A stretch of DNA of 64,000 bases from Flavobacteriales bacterium (lineage in GTDB: Bacteria; Bacteroidota; Bacteroidia; Palsa-965): assembly GCA_002737665.1 (NCBI GenBank), contig NSIF01000002.1:5698-69697 (forward strand), written 5' to 3'. The translations under genes were made by a program, and so were the position numbers. The notes under the pieces were generated by a model that saw nothing but the letters and a program-made list of their open reading frames with translations, was not told the DNA's origin and searched no databases. This document shows positions 1 to 9,565 of this stretch, piece by piece. Each line of letters starts with the position of its first letter. Position 1 is the stretch's first letter.

Positions 1-361
1 GACGGAGTTCTCTTATTTGTAAACTAATGCTTGAACCACCATAGACAGGTAATATATTCACACCACGTAAATGTTTTGCATATGTTTTTAAATCTTCGGA
101 AATCTGAATGCAAAGTTCACGAGTTGGGCATAATACCAAAGCTTGTGGAAATTTCAAATCCGGATTAATAAAATGTAAAAGTGGTAATCCAAAGGCAGCT
201 GTTTTACCAGTTCCGGTTCTTGCTAAACCAACCAGATCACGAGGATTTTGTATCAGTTCAGGAATCGCTTGTTCTTGAATAGGGGTAGGTTGAATAAAAC
301 CTAGTTCGGCTACTGCTTGTGCCAATTCGGGCTTTAAGCCCAACTCAGAAAATGTTGTCAT
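1..361 (-). CDS. DEAD-box ATP-dependent RNA helicase, N-terminal ~120 aa only (runs off window start)
   Basis: Reverse-strand translation from the ATG at 359-361 gives MTTFSELGLKPELAQAVAELGFIQPTPIQEQAIP (Q motif), ARTGTGKTAAFGLPLL (motif I) and PTRELC (motif Ia). The ORF is truncated by the window edge, so it is absent from the ORF track. Confidence 0.85.
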   Translation of the reverse strand, partial: MTTFSELGLKPELAQAVAELGFIQPTPIQEQAIPELIQNPRDLVGLARTGTGKTAAFGLPLLHFINPDLKFPQALVLCPTRELCIQISEDLKTYAKHLRGVNILPVYGGSSISLQIRELR

Positions 362-464
362 TCAGGTGATTATTACTATTTAGGGCCTGCCTGCCGTAGC
401 AAAGGCATTTAATTTTGGCTCCTAACACTAGTAACTCTAGGGTCTTATTTCGGCGGAGCAGGTG

Positions 465-472
465 CAAAGGTA
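465..472 (-). promoter_or_regulatory. Candidate Bacteroidota -7 promoter box (TACCTTTG) for the DEAD-box helicase
   Basis: The reverse strand reads TACCTTTG, matching the TAnnTTTG -7 consensus. It lies about 100 nt upstream of the helicase ATG and implies a long 5' UTR. Confidence 0.4.
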
Positions 473-668
473 CTGCTAAAAACCTTTCGAAAGCTAGTAG
501 ACTACAAATATCTTTTAAAGTCTATAAAATAATGAATAGAATTTGTTAGTGATTTAAAAAAATGAGACGATGTTTTAAAATTAGGAAAGCAATATAAAAA
601 ATGGGAATAAAAATATATATTCGAAAATTCAAAAAAGTTTTACAAAAAACTAAAATGAAACAAGAACA

Positions 669-1634
669 CTAATAATATTTATTACAAATTAAATAATTCT
701 GGACATAATCTGTAATTCCATTTTCCAATGAATAAAATTCATTCGTATAACCAACACTTTTTAACTTGGTCATATTGGCTTCTGTAAAATATTGGTATTT
801 ATCTCTTATATCAATTGGTGTATCAACAAAAGAAATAGCTGATGGCTTTGCTAATGCTTTAAATGTACTCTTTGCAAGATCAAGGAAACTTCTACATTTA
901 CCTGTACCCAAATTATATAAACCAGACTTAGGTAATTTTTTATAAAGAAAAAGACAAACCTCAATAACATCTTTCACATAAATAAAATCACGCAATTGTT
1001 CTCCGTCTTTAAATTCTGACTTGTGGGAACGAAATAATTTCATTTCAGCATTCTCATTTATTTGCTTAACAGCATGGAATATTACTGAAGCCATTCTGCC
1101 TTTGTGAAATTCATTCGGTCCATAAACATTAAAAAATTTCAGTCCATACCAAAATGGAGGTGCTTCATTTTGCAACAAAACCCATTTATCAAAATCGTTT
1201 TTCGAATTCCCATAAGGATTCAGTGGCACTAACTTGGAAACGAGTGAATGTTCATCCTCATATCCAAATTCACCTAATCCATACGTAGCAGCGGAAGAAG
1301 CATAAACAAGTGGTATTGAATGTTTGATACATGTATTCCAAACAGCTTTCGAATAATTAAGATTTAATTTATTGAAAATTTCAATGTCAAATTCTGTTGT
1401 GTCTGTCCGGGCTCCAATGTGAAAAACCACCTTAACATCTTTACCATACTGTTCTAACCAACTGACAAAATCATCACGATGAATTCGACTGCTATATTTT
1501 TTGTTCTTCAAATTCAGATTCTTAATTTCATCTGAAAAATCATCAACAAGAATTAAACTAGTACAACCAGCAGCATTTAAACGACTAACGAGGCAAGAAC
1601 CAATAAAACCAGCTGCACCAGTAACGACAATCAT
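669..1634 (-). CDS. hldD: NAD-dependent sugar epimerase, ADP-L-glycero-D-manno-heptose-6-epimerase-like
   Basis: 321 aa. N-terminal Rossmann motif VTGAAGFIGS, plus ASSAATYG, FNVYGPNEFHKGRMASVIFH and YQYFTEANMTKLKSVGY, which are collinear with HldD/RfaD. Confidence 0.65.
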   Translation of the reverse strand: MIVVTGAAGFIGSCLVSRLNAAGCTSLILVDDFSDEIKNLNLKNKKYSSRIHRDDFVSWLEQYGKDVKVVFHIGARTDTTEFDIEIFNKLNLNYSKAVWNTCIKHSIPLVYASSAATYGLGEFGYEDEHSLVSKLVPLNPYGNSKNDFDKWVLLQNEAPPFWYGLKFFNVYGPNEFHKGRMASVIFHAVKQINENAEMKLFRSHKSEFKDGEQLRDFIYVKDVIEVCLFLYKKLPKSGLYNLGTGKCRSFLDLAKSTFKALAKPSAISFVDTPIDIRDKYQYFTEANMTKLKSVGYTNEFYSLENGITDYVQNYLICNKYY

Positions 1635-1673
1635 TTGAAATTAGATTAAATAAAACGATAGTAGGTATCTAAA

Positions 1674-2450
1674 TTAAGAAAATTTCTTTTTCGGCCAACC
1701 TAAAAAATTAAAAGTAATAATTGGCACAATAAAAATCAATACTGTAAAGACTGATATAAATAAATCAAATGACGGGGAATCCATAAATTCTGTCGCAGGT
1801 GTATTGGGATTAAAATGAGTCCAAAGTGAAACCGATAATTTCAATCCCAAAATAAAAATAATTACAAACGCAGCTGGTTCAAGGAAAAAATATTTTTCCA
1901 TCAGTTTAATAAATCGTTGTGCAACAAACCGCATGGCCAAAATACCTATAAAAACACCAATACAAATGAGTAAAATATTAGGAGTAAAAGCAACCGCAGC
2001 AAAAACATTATCTACAGAAAAAGCAAGATCCATTATTTCTACAAGTAAAATAGTTGACCATAATGGTCCTAACAAGCCAAGCGTATTTTTGTAAAACCAA
2101 CTTTTATCTTTAACCTGCAAATCATCTCCTTTCTTCTTCTTGGCATGATCCACAAAATAGCGTACACTCAGAAAAAGTAAGTAAAAGCCGCCTGCTACTT
2201 TAAGCCACCATATTTTAATTAAAAAAGATGCAAAAAACAAACACAGGCCACGAAAAAAGTAAGCACCAAAAATTCCATATTTTAACGCTTTTTTACGTTG
2301 TTCCGCAGGAAGATGCATCACCATTGTTGCAAGCACAGCCGCATTGTCAATAGAAAGCAAACTCTCTATAACAACAAGATTCAAAACAATTAATAACGAT
2401 TTCATCGGAAAGTCGATTATTTCCCGAAGCAATTCTAAAAGCACTTCCAT
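1674..2450 (-). CDS. TerC/DUF475-family integral membrane protein
   Basis: 258 aa and multi-TM, with a duplicated SIDNAAVLA / FSVDNVFAAVA motif typical of the TerC superfamily. Confidence 0.7.
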   Translation of the reverse strand: MEVLLELLREIIDFPMKSLLIVLNLVVIESLLSIDNAAVLATMVMHLPAEQRKKALKYGIFGAYFFRGLCLFFASFLIKIWWLKVAGGFYLLFLSVRYFVDHAKKKKGDDLQVKDKSWFYKNTLGLLGPLWSTILLVEIMDLAFSVDNVFAAVAFTPNILLICIGVFIGILAMRFVAQRFIKLMEKYFFLEPAAFVIIFILGLKLSVSLWTHFNPNTPATEFMDSPSFDLFISVFTVLIFIVPIITFNFLGWPKKKFS

Positions 2451-2480
2451 TTATTTCTACTGTTTTTTAATATAATTATA

Positions 2481-3317
2481 CTAATCTAAAAATATTTTAA
2501 TATCAGAAGGAGGAATAAGTCCAATCTCCTTTGCTTTTTTAATTAACATAAGTACCGCTCTCCTACCCTCTTTTCCAAGTTCTAATGAAAAGTCATTCAC
2601 ATAAAGGTCGATGTGTCTATACATTACTTCTTCACTCATTGCTTGTGCGTGTGCACTAACATATGGTAAACTAACTTTTCTGTTTGCAAACGCAAACGCT
2701 ATACTTTTATTAATAATTCTGTTCACTTTATTTTTAATTTCATCAGGTAAAGAACGCTTGGCTACAATTCCACCAAGTGGAATAGGCAATTTAGTAGTCG
2801 TTTCCCAAAATTCTCCAAGGTCTATGATTTTCTTCAACCCTTTAGCCTCATAAGTAAATCTATTTTCATGGATAATTAAACCGGTATCAAATTTTTCTTG
2901 AAGGACAGCCTCCTCAATTTCAGAAAAAATAAGTTCCGTTTTATCCTCCACATTCGGAAAGGCCAAGCCCAATAAAAAATTAGCAGTTGTAAATTGTCCT
3001 GGAATTGCAACATTTAAATCACCTTCAGCAAACTCTTTTTTAGTTATTTCTTTCTTAGCAATTAACAAGGGTCCGCAATTTGTGCCCAAAGCACTTCCAG
3101 CATCCAACAAAACATAATTTGAGAGACAATAAACAAATGCATGGTAACTCACTTTTGAAATATCAACAGTCCCATTAATGGCTGTTTTATTCAAAGTTTC
3201 AATGTCCAACAGTTGAACATCAAACGTTAAACCCTCCAAATCAATCCGATTGTTTACAATCGCATCGAACATAAAACAATCATTGGGACAAGGAGAGAAA
3301 CCTAAAGTTAATAGCAT
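2481..3317 (-). CDS. mqnD: 1,4-dihydroxy-6-naphthoate synthase (futalosine pathway)
   Basis: 278 aa. The N-terminus LGFSPCPNDCFMFDAIV is characteristic of MqnD, and the length fits. Confidence 0.75.
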   Translation of the reverse strand: MLLTLGFSPCPNDCFMFDAIVNNRIDLEGLTFDVQLLDIETLNKTAINGTVDISKVSYHAFVYCLSNYVLLDAGSALGTNCGPLLIAKKEITKKEFAEGDLNVAIPGQFTTANFLLGLAFPNVEDKTELIFSEIEEAVLQEKFDTGLIIHENRFTYEAKGLKKIIDLGEFWETTTKLPIPLGGIVAKRSLPDEIKNKVNRIINKSIAFAFANRKVSLPYVSAHAQAMSEEVMYRHIDLYVNDFSLELGKEGRRAVLMLIKKAKEIGLIPPSDIKIFLD

Positions 3318-3363
3318 ATAGTTTTAAGGAAAGCTACAGGAACAATTGTAAGGATATTATTTT

Positions 3364-4044
3364 CTAGAGATTATTTACAATATCGAAAGCCACTTCGTTG
3401 AGATTTTTGATTGCTAAAGCCATGTTCCAATGCGCACGATCTCTTTTCTCAATAAAATTTGAAACAGCTCTAATTTGCGCATAAGGAACTTTTTCAACCA
3501 TGCACGCATAGCAAAATGCTGCACCCTCCATACTTTCAACATGTGGATTAAATCGCTGAATTATTTTTTCAATACTATCATCGGTGCCATGGGCTGTATT
3601 AACAGAAATTCCATTAACACCAATAAGTTTAATTATTTTTTCAATATTCGGTAGCGATTGATTTACGAGTTGTCCCCACATAAATGGAAATTCATTTTCC
3701 CCCAATAAATTTAATTCATGAATAGAAATAAATTTATTGCCATCTTCTGCACCCAAATCAGCAATACGATCAGTTAAAACGTGAACAACTTTACCAACTT
3801 CTATTGATTTATCGAAACTACCACAAACACCAAAATTTATAGCGGCAGCATACTTTTTTTTATTCAATGCGATAGCGGTCCATGTAGCAGTAGCAACCAT
3901 TCCTACACCGGTAATCAGAACATCTATTTCATGTTTACCATATGTATAAAACTTAATCCGTTGCTCATTCTCAGAAATGAATTTCAACTTGGCCACCAAA
4001 GGGGCAATTTCCATATAAGTTGCTGAAACAATCAGTAAATTCAT
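3364..4044 (-). CDS. mqnB: Futalosine hydrolase (nucleoside phosphorylase family)
   Basis: 226 aa with a PNP/MTAN-like fold (LLIVSATYMEIAPL ... GVGMVATA ... ESMEGAAF). It lies directly upstream of mqnD on the same strand. Confidence 0.7.
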   Translation of the reverse strand: MNLLIVSATYMEIAPLVAKLKFISENEQRIKFYTYGKHEIDVLITGVGMVATATWTAIALNKKKYAAAINFGVCGSFDKSIEVGKVVHVLTDRIADLGAEDGNKFISIHELNLLGENEFPFMWGQLVNQSLPNIEKIIKLIGVNGISVNTAHGTDDSIEKIIQRFNPHVESMEGAAFCYACMVEKVPYAQIRAVSNFIEKRDRAHWNMALAIKNLNEVAFDIVNNL

Positions 4045-4062
4045 AAGTATATTGTTCGTTTA

Positions 4063-4070
4063 CAAAGTTA
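4063..4070 (-). promoter_or_regulatory. Candidate -7 box (TAACTTTG) for the mqnB-mqnD-terC-hldD gene string
   Basis: The reverse strand reads TAACTTTG, 18 nt upstream of the mqnB ATG. It sits in a divergent intergenic region shared with queD. Confidence 0.45.
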
Positions 4071-4179
4071 GCTATATTCAGCCAAAGAAAGATATCAAAG
4101 CCACAAATAAGAAAGCTTCCTTTAATGCTAAATTTTCTAAACATTAGCTTGTGAAGCAGACTAAAACTGATTTTGCCCT

Positions 4180-4187
4180 TATCTTTG
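4180..4187 (+). promoter_or_regulatory. Candidate -7 box (TATCTTTG) only 4 nt upstream of the queD ATG
   Basis: Exact TAnnTTTG match. The ATG starts at 4192, implying a leaderless or near-leaderless transcript. Confidence 0.45.
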
Positions 4188-4191
4188 TGAA

Positions 4192-4611
4192 ATGATATAC
4201 ATCACACGTCGTGAACGATTTACTGCTGCACATCGTTTGTTCAAAGCAGAATTAAATGATGCTCAAAATACAGCCATGTTTGGAGGTTGTGCAAATCCAA
4301 ATTGGCATGGTCATAACTATGAAATTTATGTTACCGTTAAAGGAAATGTCGATCCAAAATTGGGATACCTCGTTAATCTGAAAGATTTGAGTCAGTTAAT
4401 TCAAATCCATGTAACAGAAAAGTTAGACCATAAGAATTTAAATATGGATGTTGATTTTCTTAAAGACATAATGACCTCAACAGAAAATGTAGCAATTGCG
4501 ATTTGGGAGCAATTAGAAAAACCAATCCATGAATTAGGAGCTCATTTGCATTGCATCAAGTTAGTAGAGACTGAAAATAACTATGTAGCGTATTTTGGTG
4601 AAAAGCAATAA
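4192..4611 (+). CDS. queD: 6-carboxytetrahydropterin / 6-pyruvoyl-tetrahydropterin synthase family
   Basis: 139 aa. Carries FTAAHRL and CANPNWHGHNY (Cys plus HGH zinc/catalytic motifs). It is adjacent to folE. Confidence 0.75.
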   Translation: MIYITRRERFTAAHRLFKAELNDAQNTAMFGGCANPNWHGHNYEIYVTVKGNVDPKLGYLVNLKDLSQLIQIHVTEKLDHKNLNMDVDFLKDIMTSTENVAIAIWEQLEKPIHELGAHLHCIKLVETENNYVAYFGEKQ

Positions 4612-4651
4612 TAAATTACAAATAGAAAACGATTAGCACAGAATAAAAAAA

Positions 4652-5260
4652 ATGGGAGAAGACAACGGGTATCGTAAAATCGAACAATACAATAATGCTA
4701 CAATTGATAGCATAGCAAAAAAATATAGAATTATTCTTGAGGAGTTGGGAGAAAAACCAGAACGAGAAGGATTATTAAAAACTCCTGAACGAGTGGCAAA
4801 ATCAATGGCTTTTCTAACCAGTGGCTATAACCTTGATCCTTCAGAAATTCTGCGTTCAGCAATGTTTAATGAAAAATATTCGCAGATGGTCATCGTAAAA
4901 GACATTGAAGTTTATTCGCTCTGTGAACATCATATTTTGCCATTTTTCGGAAAAGCACACGTTGCCTACATCCCCAACGGTTGTGTAGTTGGCTTAAGTA
5001 AAATTCCAAGAATAGTTGACGCTTTTGCAAGGCGTTTACAAGTACAAGAACGACTAACCGATCAAATTCGTGACTGTATTCAAGATACAATGAACCCATT
5101 AGGGGTTGGAGTTGTTATTGAAGCATCTCACCTTTGCATGCAAATGCGTGGAATACAAAAACAAAACTCAGTAACCACGACATCTGCTTTTACTGGAGAA
5201 TTTTTAAAAGAGGCAACTCGTTCAGAATTTATTAAATTAATTGGTTCTAAACTACATTAG
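4652..5260 (+). CDS. folE: GTP cyclohydrolase I
   Basis: 202 aa. Carries [19 protein letters not shown] and [14 protein letters not shown], canonical FolE type 1 motifs. Confidence 0.9.
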   Translation: MGEDNGYRKIEQYNNATIDSIAKKYRIILEELGEKPEREGLLKTPERVAKSMAFLTSGYNLDPSEILRSAMFNEKYSQMVIVKDIEVYSLCEHHILPFFGKAHVAYIPNGCVVGLSKIPRIVDAFARRLQVQERLTDQIRDCIQDTMNPLGVGVVIEASHLCMQMRGIQKQNSVTTTSAFTGEFLKEATRSEFIKLIGSKLH

Positions 5261-5293
5261 TACTAATTTAGCATAAATTTAAATACTTAAAAT

Positions 5294-6043
5294 ATGAGTC
5301 AGATTAACACAAATAATTTCAATACAAATGATTGGAACACTGCTGGAGCCTCAGCGGAAGGCGTTGCCATAAAAACATTTATGACGAGCGTATTCGCGTG
5401 GATGTTTGGAGCACTTTTAATAACCTCGATAATTGCATTTGCATTTGCAACAGTTCCTGAACTCGAAATACTAATATTAGACAAAACAGGAGGTGAAATT
5501 GAATTTACAGCCTTAGCTTATGTTTTAATGATTGCTCCGCTTGGTCTTGTACTTTTAATGAGCTTAGGATTTGCAAAACTCCCCTACCCCGTTTTAGTAA
5601 GTATTTTCATTCTATATTCTGCAGCAACGGGCGCAAGTTTAAGTACAATTTTTCTGAGCTATGACATTTCAATTATAGGTGCCTCATTTGCAATTACAGC
5701 AGGAATGTTTGGAACAATGGCTGTAATGGGATTTACCACAAAAGCTGATCTCTCAAAATTTGGTTCAATAATGAGGATGGGGTTAATTGGAATAATTATA
5801 GCAACGGTTGTAAACTTTTTTATGCACAGTGAGATGATGAGCTATGTCATTTCTTTCGCTGGTGTTGCAGTATTTACTGGCTTAACTGCCTATGATGTAC
5901 AAAAACTAAAACAAATTGGAGCTGGCATTACCCATGAAAACCAAACAGGATCAAAACTCGCCGTTTTAGGAGCACTCACTTTATATCTCGACTTTCTAAA
6001 TTTATTTCTTTTCATTCTACGAATCATGGGTGGTCGAAAGTAA
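5294..6043 (+). CDS. Bax inhibitor-1/YccA family membrane protein
   Basis: 249 aa, about 7 TM helices, and a C-terminal GALTLYLDFLNLFLFILRIMG motif typical of BI-1/YccA. Confidence 0.8.
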   Translation: MSQINTNNFNTNDWNTAGASAEGVAIKTFMTSVFAWMFGALLITSIIAFAFATVPELEILILDKTGGEIEFTALAYVLMIAPLGLVLLMSLGFAKLPYPVLVSIFILYSAATGASLSTIFLSYDISIIGASFAITAGMFGTMAVMGFTTKADLSKFGSIMRMGLIGIIIATVVNFFMHSEMMSYVISFAGVAVFTGLTAYDVQKLKQIGAGITHENQTGSKLAVLGALTLYLDFLNLFLFILRIMGGRK

Positions 6044-6070
6044 CCAGAAAAATATTCTTGAAAATAGGTT

Positions 6071-6107
6071 CAGCCATTCTTATTAAATTAAGAATGGCTG
6101 CTTTTTT
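6071..6107 (+). terminator. Rho-independent terminator after the BI-1 gene
   Basis: A 12-bp perfect stem cagccattctta / taagaatggctg with a 6-nt loop, followed by cTTTTTT. Confidence 0.8.
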
Positions 6108-6164
6108 AATACTTAGTTTAAAATACGATTCCTATCTTCGTAAAAATTTAGCAATTAAACAGGT

Positions 6165-7046
6165 ATGAAAAAAGCATATATTTTTCCAGGTCAAGGTTCC
6201 CAATTTATTGGCATGGCAAAAGAACTTTACGATACAAATTCTTTTGCAAAAGAAATGTTTGAACAAGCAAATACTATTTTGGGATTTAGAATAACAGAAA
6301 TTATGTTTAGTGGTTCAGATGAACAACTAAAACAAACAAAAGTTACTCAGCCTGCTATATTTCTGCACTCCGTAATTTATGCGGCAACACTTGGAGAAAC
6401 ATTCCAGCCAGACATGGTTGCGGGTCACTCCTTAGGGGAATTCTCTGCACTTGTAGCAAACAAAACATTGGATTTTAATGATGCATTAGTATTAGTGTCC
6501 AAACGAGCACTCGCAATGCAAAAAGCATGTGAAGCACAGGCATCCACAATGGCCGCAGTTTTAGGATTGGATGATGCAAAAGTTGAAGAAGTTTGTGCAT
6601 CAATAAGTGATGACATAGTGGTGGCAGCTAACTACAATTGTCCCGGACAGTTAGTCATATCAGGAACGATAAGCGGAATTACAAAAGCTTGTGAATTACT
6701 TAAAGCAGCCGGAGCAAAGCGAGCAATTGTACTACCCGTTGGTGGCGCCTTTCACTCTCCTTGCATGGAGCCTGCACGAATAGAATTAGAAGCTGCTATA
6801 AAAGCCACCAATTTCAAAACTCCTATTTGTGCGATTTATCAGAATGTAAATGCGAAACCAACAACCGATCCTGTATTAATTCAAAACAATTTAATAGCAC
6901 AGTTAACTGCACCCGTTCGTTGGACACAAACCATTCAGAACATGGTTTCAGATGGTGCAACTAATTTTAAAGAGGTTGGCCCGGGAAAAGTATTGCAAGG
7001 ACTAGTGAAAAAAATTGCTACAGATGTGGAAGCGCTTTCCGCTTAA
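6165..7046 (+). CDS. fabD: Malonyl-CoA:ACP transacylase
   Basis: 293 aa. Carries FPGQGSQ, the GHSLGEFSAL active-site serine motif and GGAFHS. Confidence 0.9.
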   Translation: MKKAYIFPGQGSQFIGMAKELYDTNSFAKEMFEQANTILGFRITEIMFSGSDEQLKQTKVTQPAIFLHSVIYAATLGETFQPDMVAGHSLGEFSALVANKTLDFNDALVLVSKRALAMQKACEAQASTMAAVLGLDDAKVEEVCASISDDIVVAANYNCPGQLVISGTISGITKACELLKAAGAKRAIVLPVGGAFHSPCMEPARIELEAAIKATNFKTPICAIYQNVNAKPTTDPVLIQNNLIAQLTAPVRWTQTIQNMVSDGATNFKEVGPGKVLQGLVKKIATDVEALSA

Positions 7047-7081
7047 TAAATTACAAATCGTTGTAACACAAAATTTTGAAA

Positions 7082-7693
7082 ATGAAAAAAATATTTTTTG
7101 TTCTGTGTTTTACATTTTCCTTATCGTTACTCCACGCACAATTTTTCCAAGGATGGGGCTTTATGCTGGGCGGAACTGCTGGTAAACAAAATTGGAAATA
7201 TCATAATCCAGCATCAAAACTTAAACTTAATTACCTGCTGCGTTATAACGCAGAAATTTTTGGAGAATTTGGTTCCCATGCCACTTTTCGCTGGGTAAGT
7301 GAAATACAATACAATGTAAAAGGTGCAAAAAAAGATAGTTCTGAAACAGCAATAAAATATGCAAATCAATACTTCGCATGGAATAATTATTTAATGATTC
7401 GAAAAGAAATGATTTCCATTATACCATTCCTAAAAATTGGACCTAGATGTGAATATGTTTTTAATTCAAGCCAAGCCTTCAATAAATTTCATTTTACACC
7501 CTCATTAGGTGCCGGGATAGAATTCGTAGCATTTGGTCCGGTAAAATTTATAACAGAAGCTTGGTGGGTTCCAGATGCTACGAAATCATTTAGTTCCAAC
7601 ATGATGGATATCAAACAACATGCATGGGAATTACGCATTGGACTAAAGTTTGCCGTCACTTCAGGAGAGTCTTGTCCTGCAGCACAGCATTAA
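7082..7693 (+). CDS. Putative outer-membrane beta-barrel protein
   Basis: Signal peptide MKKIFFVLCFTFSLSLLHAQ followed by alternating hydrophobic/aromatic beta-strand-like pattern. The ATG at 7082 is preferred over the TTG at 7076. No specific family recognised. Confidence 0.4.
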   Translation: MKKIFFVLCFTFSLSLLHAQFFQGWGFMLGGTAGKQNWKYHNPASKLKLNYLLRYNAEIFGEFGSHATFRWVSEIQYNVKGAKKDSSETAIKYANQYFAWNNYLMIRKEMISIIPFLKIGPRCEYVFNSSQAFNKFHFTPSLGAGIEFVAFGPVKFITEAWWVPDATKSFSSNMMDIKQHAWELRIGLKFAVTSGESCPAAQH

Positions 7694-7781
7694 GCATATT
7701 CAAAAAAATTTCCACCAATTACAATGCAATTTGGAACAATAGCATTTAACTTTATACGTTAATTACTGCGCTGAATTCCCA

Positions 7782-9518
7782 ATGAAGCTAATACATTTAA
7801 TATTCGTAATTTTTTATATCCCTGCTATCGCGTATGGCCAAAAACCCTACACACTTAAAATTATAGAGATTGGGAATAAAGGTGTACTGAAACAAATTAG
7901 CTACTCAACTCAACTTTCAACTATTCAGGAAAGTGAAAAAGAAATGAAAAATGTTCTTTATGCTATTTGGGAACTGTCATTCATCACCGCTCGATACGAC
8001 AGCCTTTGCCTTGATTCAAATTCAACTACAGCCTATTTAAATACTGGTGAAAAACATAAATGGGCGAGTTTAAAAAATGGAAATGTAGAGGAAAGTATTC
8101 TTAATTCAATTGGGTATCGAAGCAAATTATGGAACAATAGAAAATTAAAATACAGTGAGGTAGAAAATTTACAAGAAAAAATTCTAAAATGGTGCGAAAA
8201 CAATGGTTATCCTTTTGCCTCCATACATTTAGATAGCATTTCCTTTATTGATGAACAAACCATAAGTGCCAAACTTTTTATCGAAAAAAAAAGACGAACA
8301 AAAATTGACAGCATTGAAATAAAGGGAAATTTAAATTTATCAAAATCATTTCTATTAAATTACATTGGAATTTTATCGGGCGATGCATACGATGAAAGTA
8401 AATTACAAGCTACAAGTAAAAGAATCGAAGAACTGTCATTTACAAAAGAGACAAAGCCGTACACCATACTATTTACAGAAAAATACACTAAACTCACGCT
8501 ATTTCTTGACAAAAAAAGAGCAAGCCAATTAGATGGTATACTTGGCTTTCAACCCGATAGCAGGACTGGAAAAATTGTATTTACTGGAGATGCAAGACTG
8601 CGACTACAAAATAGTTTTGCGCATGGAGAAATAATTGAATTTAACTGGCGAAGGTTACAAGAAGCAACGCAAGACTTGAAAGCTCATTTCAATTATCCTT
8701 TTGTATTCAACACACCAGTAGGAATTGACTATGATATAAAATTATACCGGCGCGACACTTCTTTTATAGATATCAACCAAACATTAAGTTTTCAATATTT
8801 ATTTTCTGCAAATACATGGTTAAATGCTTTTGTAAAAAGAAGATCTTCAAATTTATTATCAACATATGGATTAGAATCAATCACAGTACTTCCACAAATT
8901 GCTGATATTAGTAAAACTTCATACGGACTCGGATTTTACCGTGAACAATTAGACTACCGTTTTAATCCAAGAAAAGGCTACTCCATCAATATTTCCAGCG
9001 ATATTGGAAATAGAATAATTCAGAAAAATTCAAAATTGAATCCAATAATTTATGAAACTGTTCAACTTAAATCAACGCAAGTCAGTGGAACATTTATAAT
9101 CAGCAAATTTTGGCCAGTCGGAAAAAGAAGTACCATAAAAAGTGAAATACAGTCAGCAGGGCTTTTCAACACTGGAATAATTTTTAAAAATGAACTTTTG
9201 CGAATTGGTGGGCTAAAAAATTTAAGAGGTTTCGATGAAGAATCTATTTTTGCTTCATTCTACACAACCGGAACGATTGAATATCGCTTTCAACTCGAAC
9301 AAAATTCCTGGTTTTTTCTATTTGCAGATGGGGCTTGGTATGAAAATAATTCAAATGGAAAATATACCAATGATACGCCGTATAGCTTTGGAACAGGTCT
9401 TACTTTTGAATCAAAGGCTGGTATTTTTGCTTTGACCTATGCGCTTGGATCTCAGCAAGGAAATTCCATTCAATTCAAGGACGGAAAAATTCATGTTGGC
9501 TATATAGGACTATTTTAA
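7782..9518 (+). CDS. Omp85 (BamA/TamA) family outer-membrane protein
   Basis: 578 aa with a signal peptide, a POTRA-like N-terminal region and a C-terminal surface-antigen barrel (RGFDEESI ... ending GYIGLF with terminal Phe). No TamB-like partner is adjacent. Confidence 0.6.
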   Translation: MKLIHLIFVIFYIPAIAYGQKPYTLKIIEIGNKGVLKQISYSTQLSTIQESEKEMKNVLYAIWELSFITARYDSLCLDSNSTTAYLNTGEKHKWASLKNGNVEESILNSIGYRSKLWNNRKLKYSEVENLQEKILKWCENNGYPFASIHLDSISFIDEQTISAKLFIEKKRRTKIDSIEIKGNLNLSKSFLLNYIGILSGDAYDESKLQATSKRIEELSFTKETKPYTILFTEKYTKLTLFLDKKRASQLDGILGFQPDSRTGKIVFTGDARLRLQNSFAHGEIIEFNWRRLQEATQDLKAHFNYPFVFNTPVGIDYDIKLYRRDTSFIDINQTLSFQYLFSANTWLNAFVKRRSSNLLSTYGLESITVLPQIADISKTSYGLGFYREQLDYRFNPRKGYSINISSDIGNRIIQKNSKLNPIIYETVQLKSTQVSGTFIISKFWPVGKRSTIKSEIQSAGLFNTGIIFKNELLRIGGLKNLRGFDEESIFASFYTTGTIEYRFQLEQNSWFFLFADGAWYENNSNGKYTNDTPYSFGTGLTFESKAGIFALTYALGSQQGNSIQFKDGKIHVGYIGLF

Positions 9519-9565
9519 AATTTTACTGAACAATTAGCTAAATACATTGCTTACAAAAACACAAG

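Noticed and set aside
450-459. GC-rich 10-mer tcggcggagc shared in inverted orientation with 22547-22556, which initially suggested a dispersed repeat or ncRNA family
   Set aside because: The flanks do not align beyond the 10-mer. An all-against-all comparison of 64 kb is expected to yield on the order of thousands of chance 10-mer matches (64000^2 / 4^10), so this is not significant.
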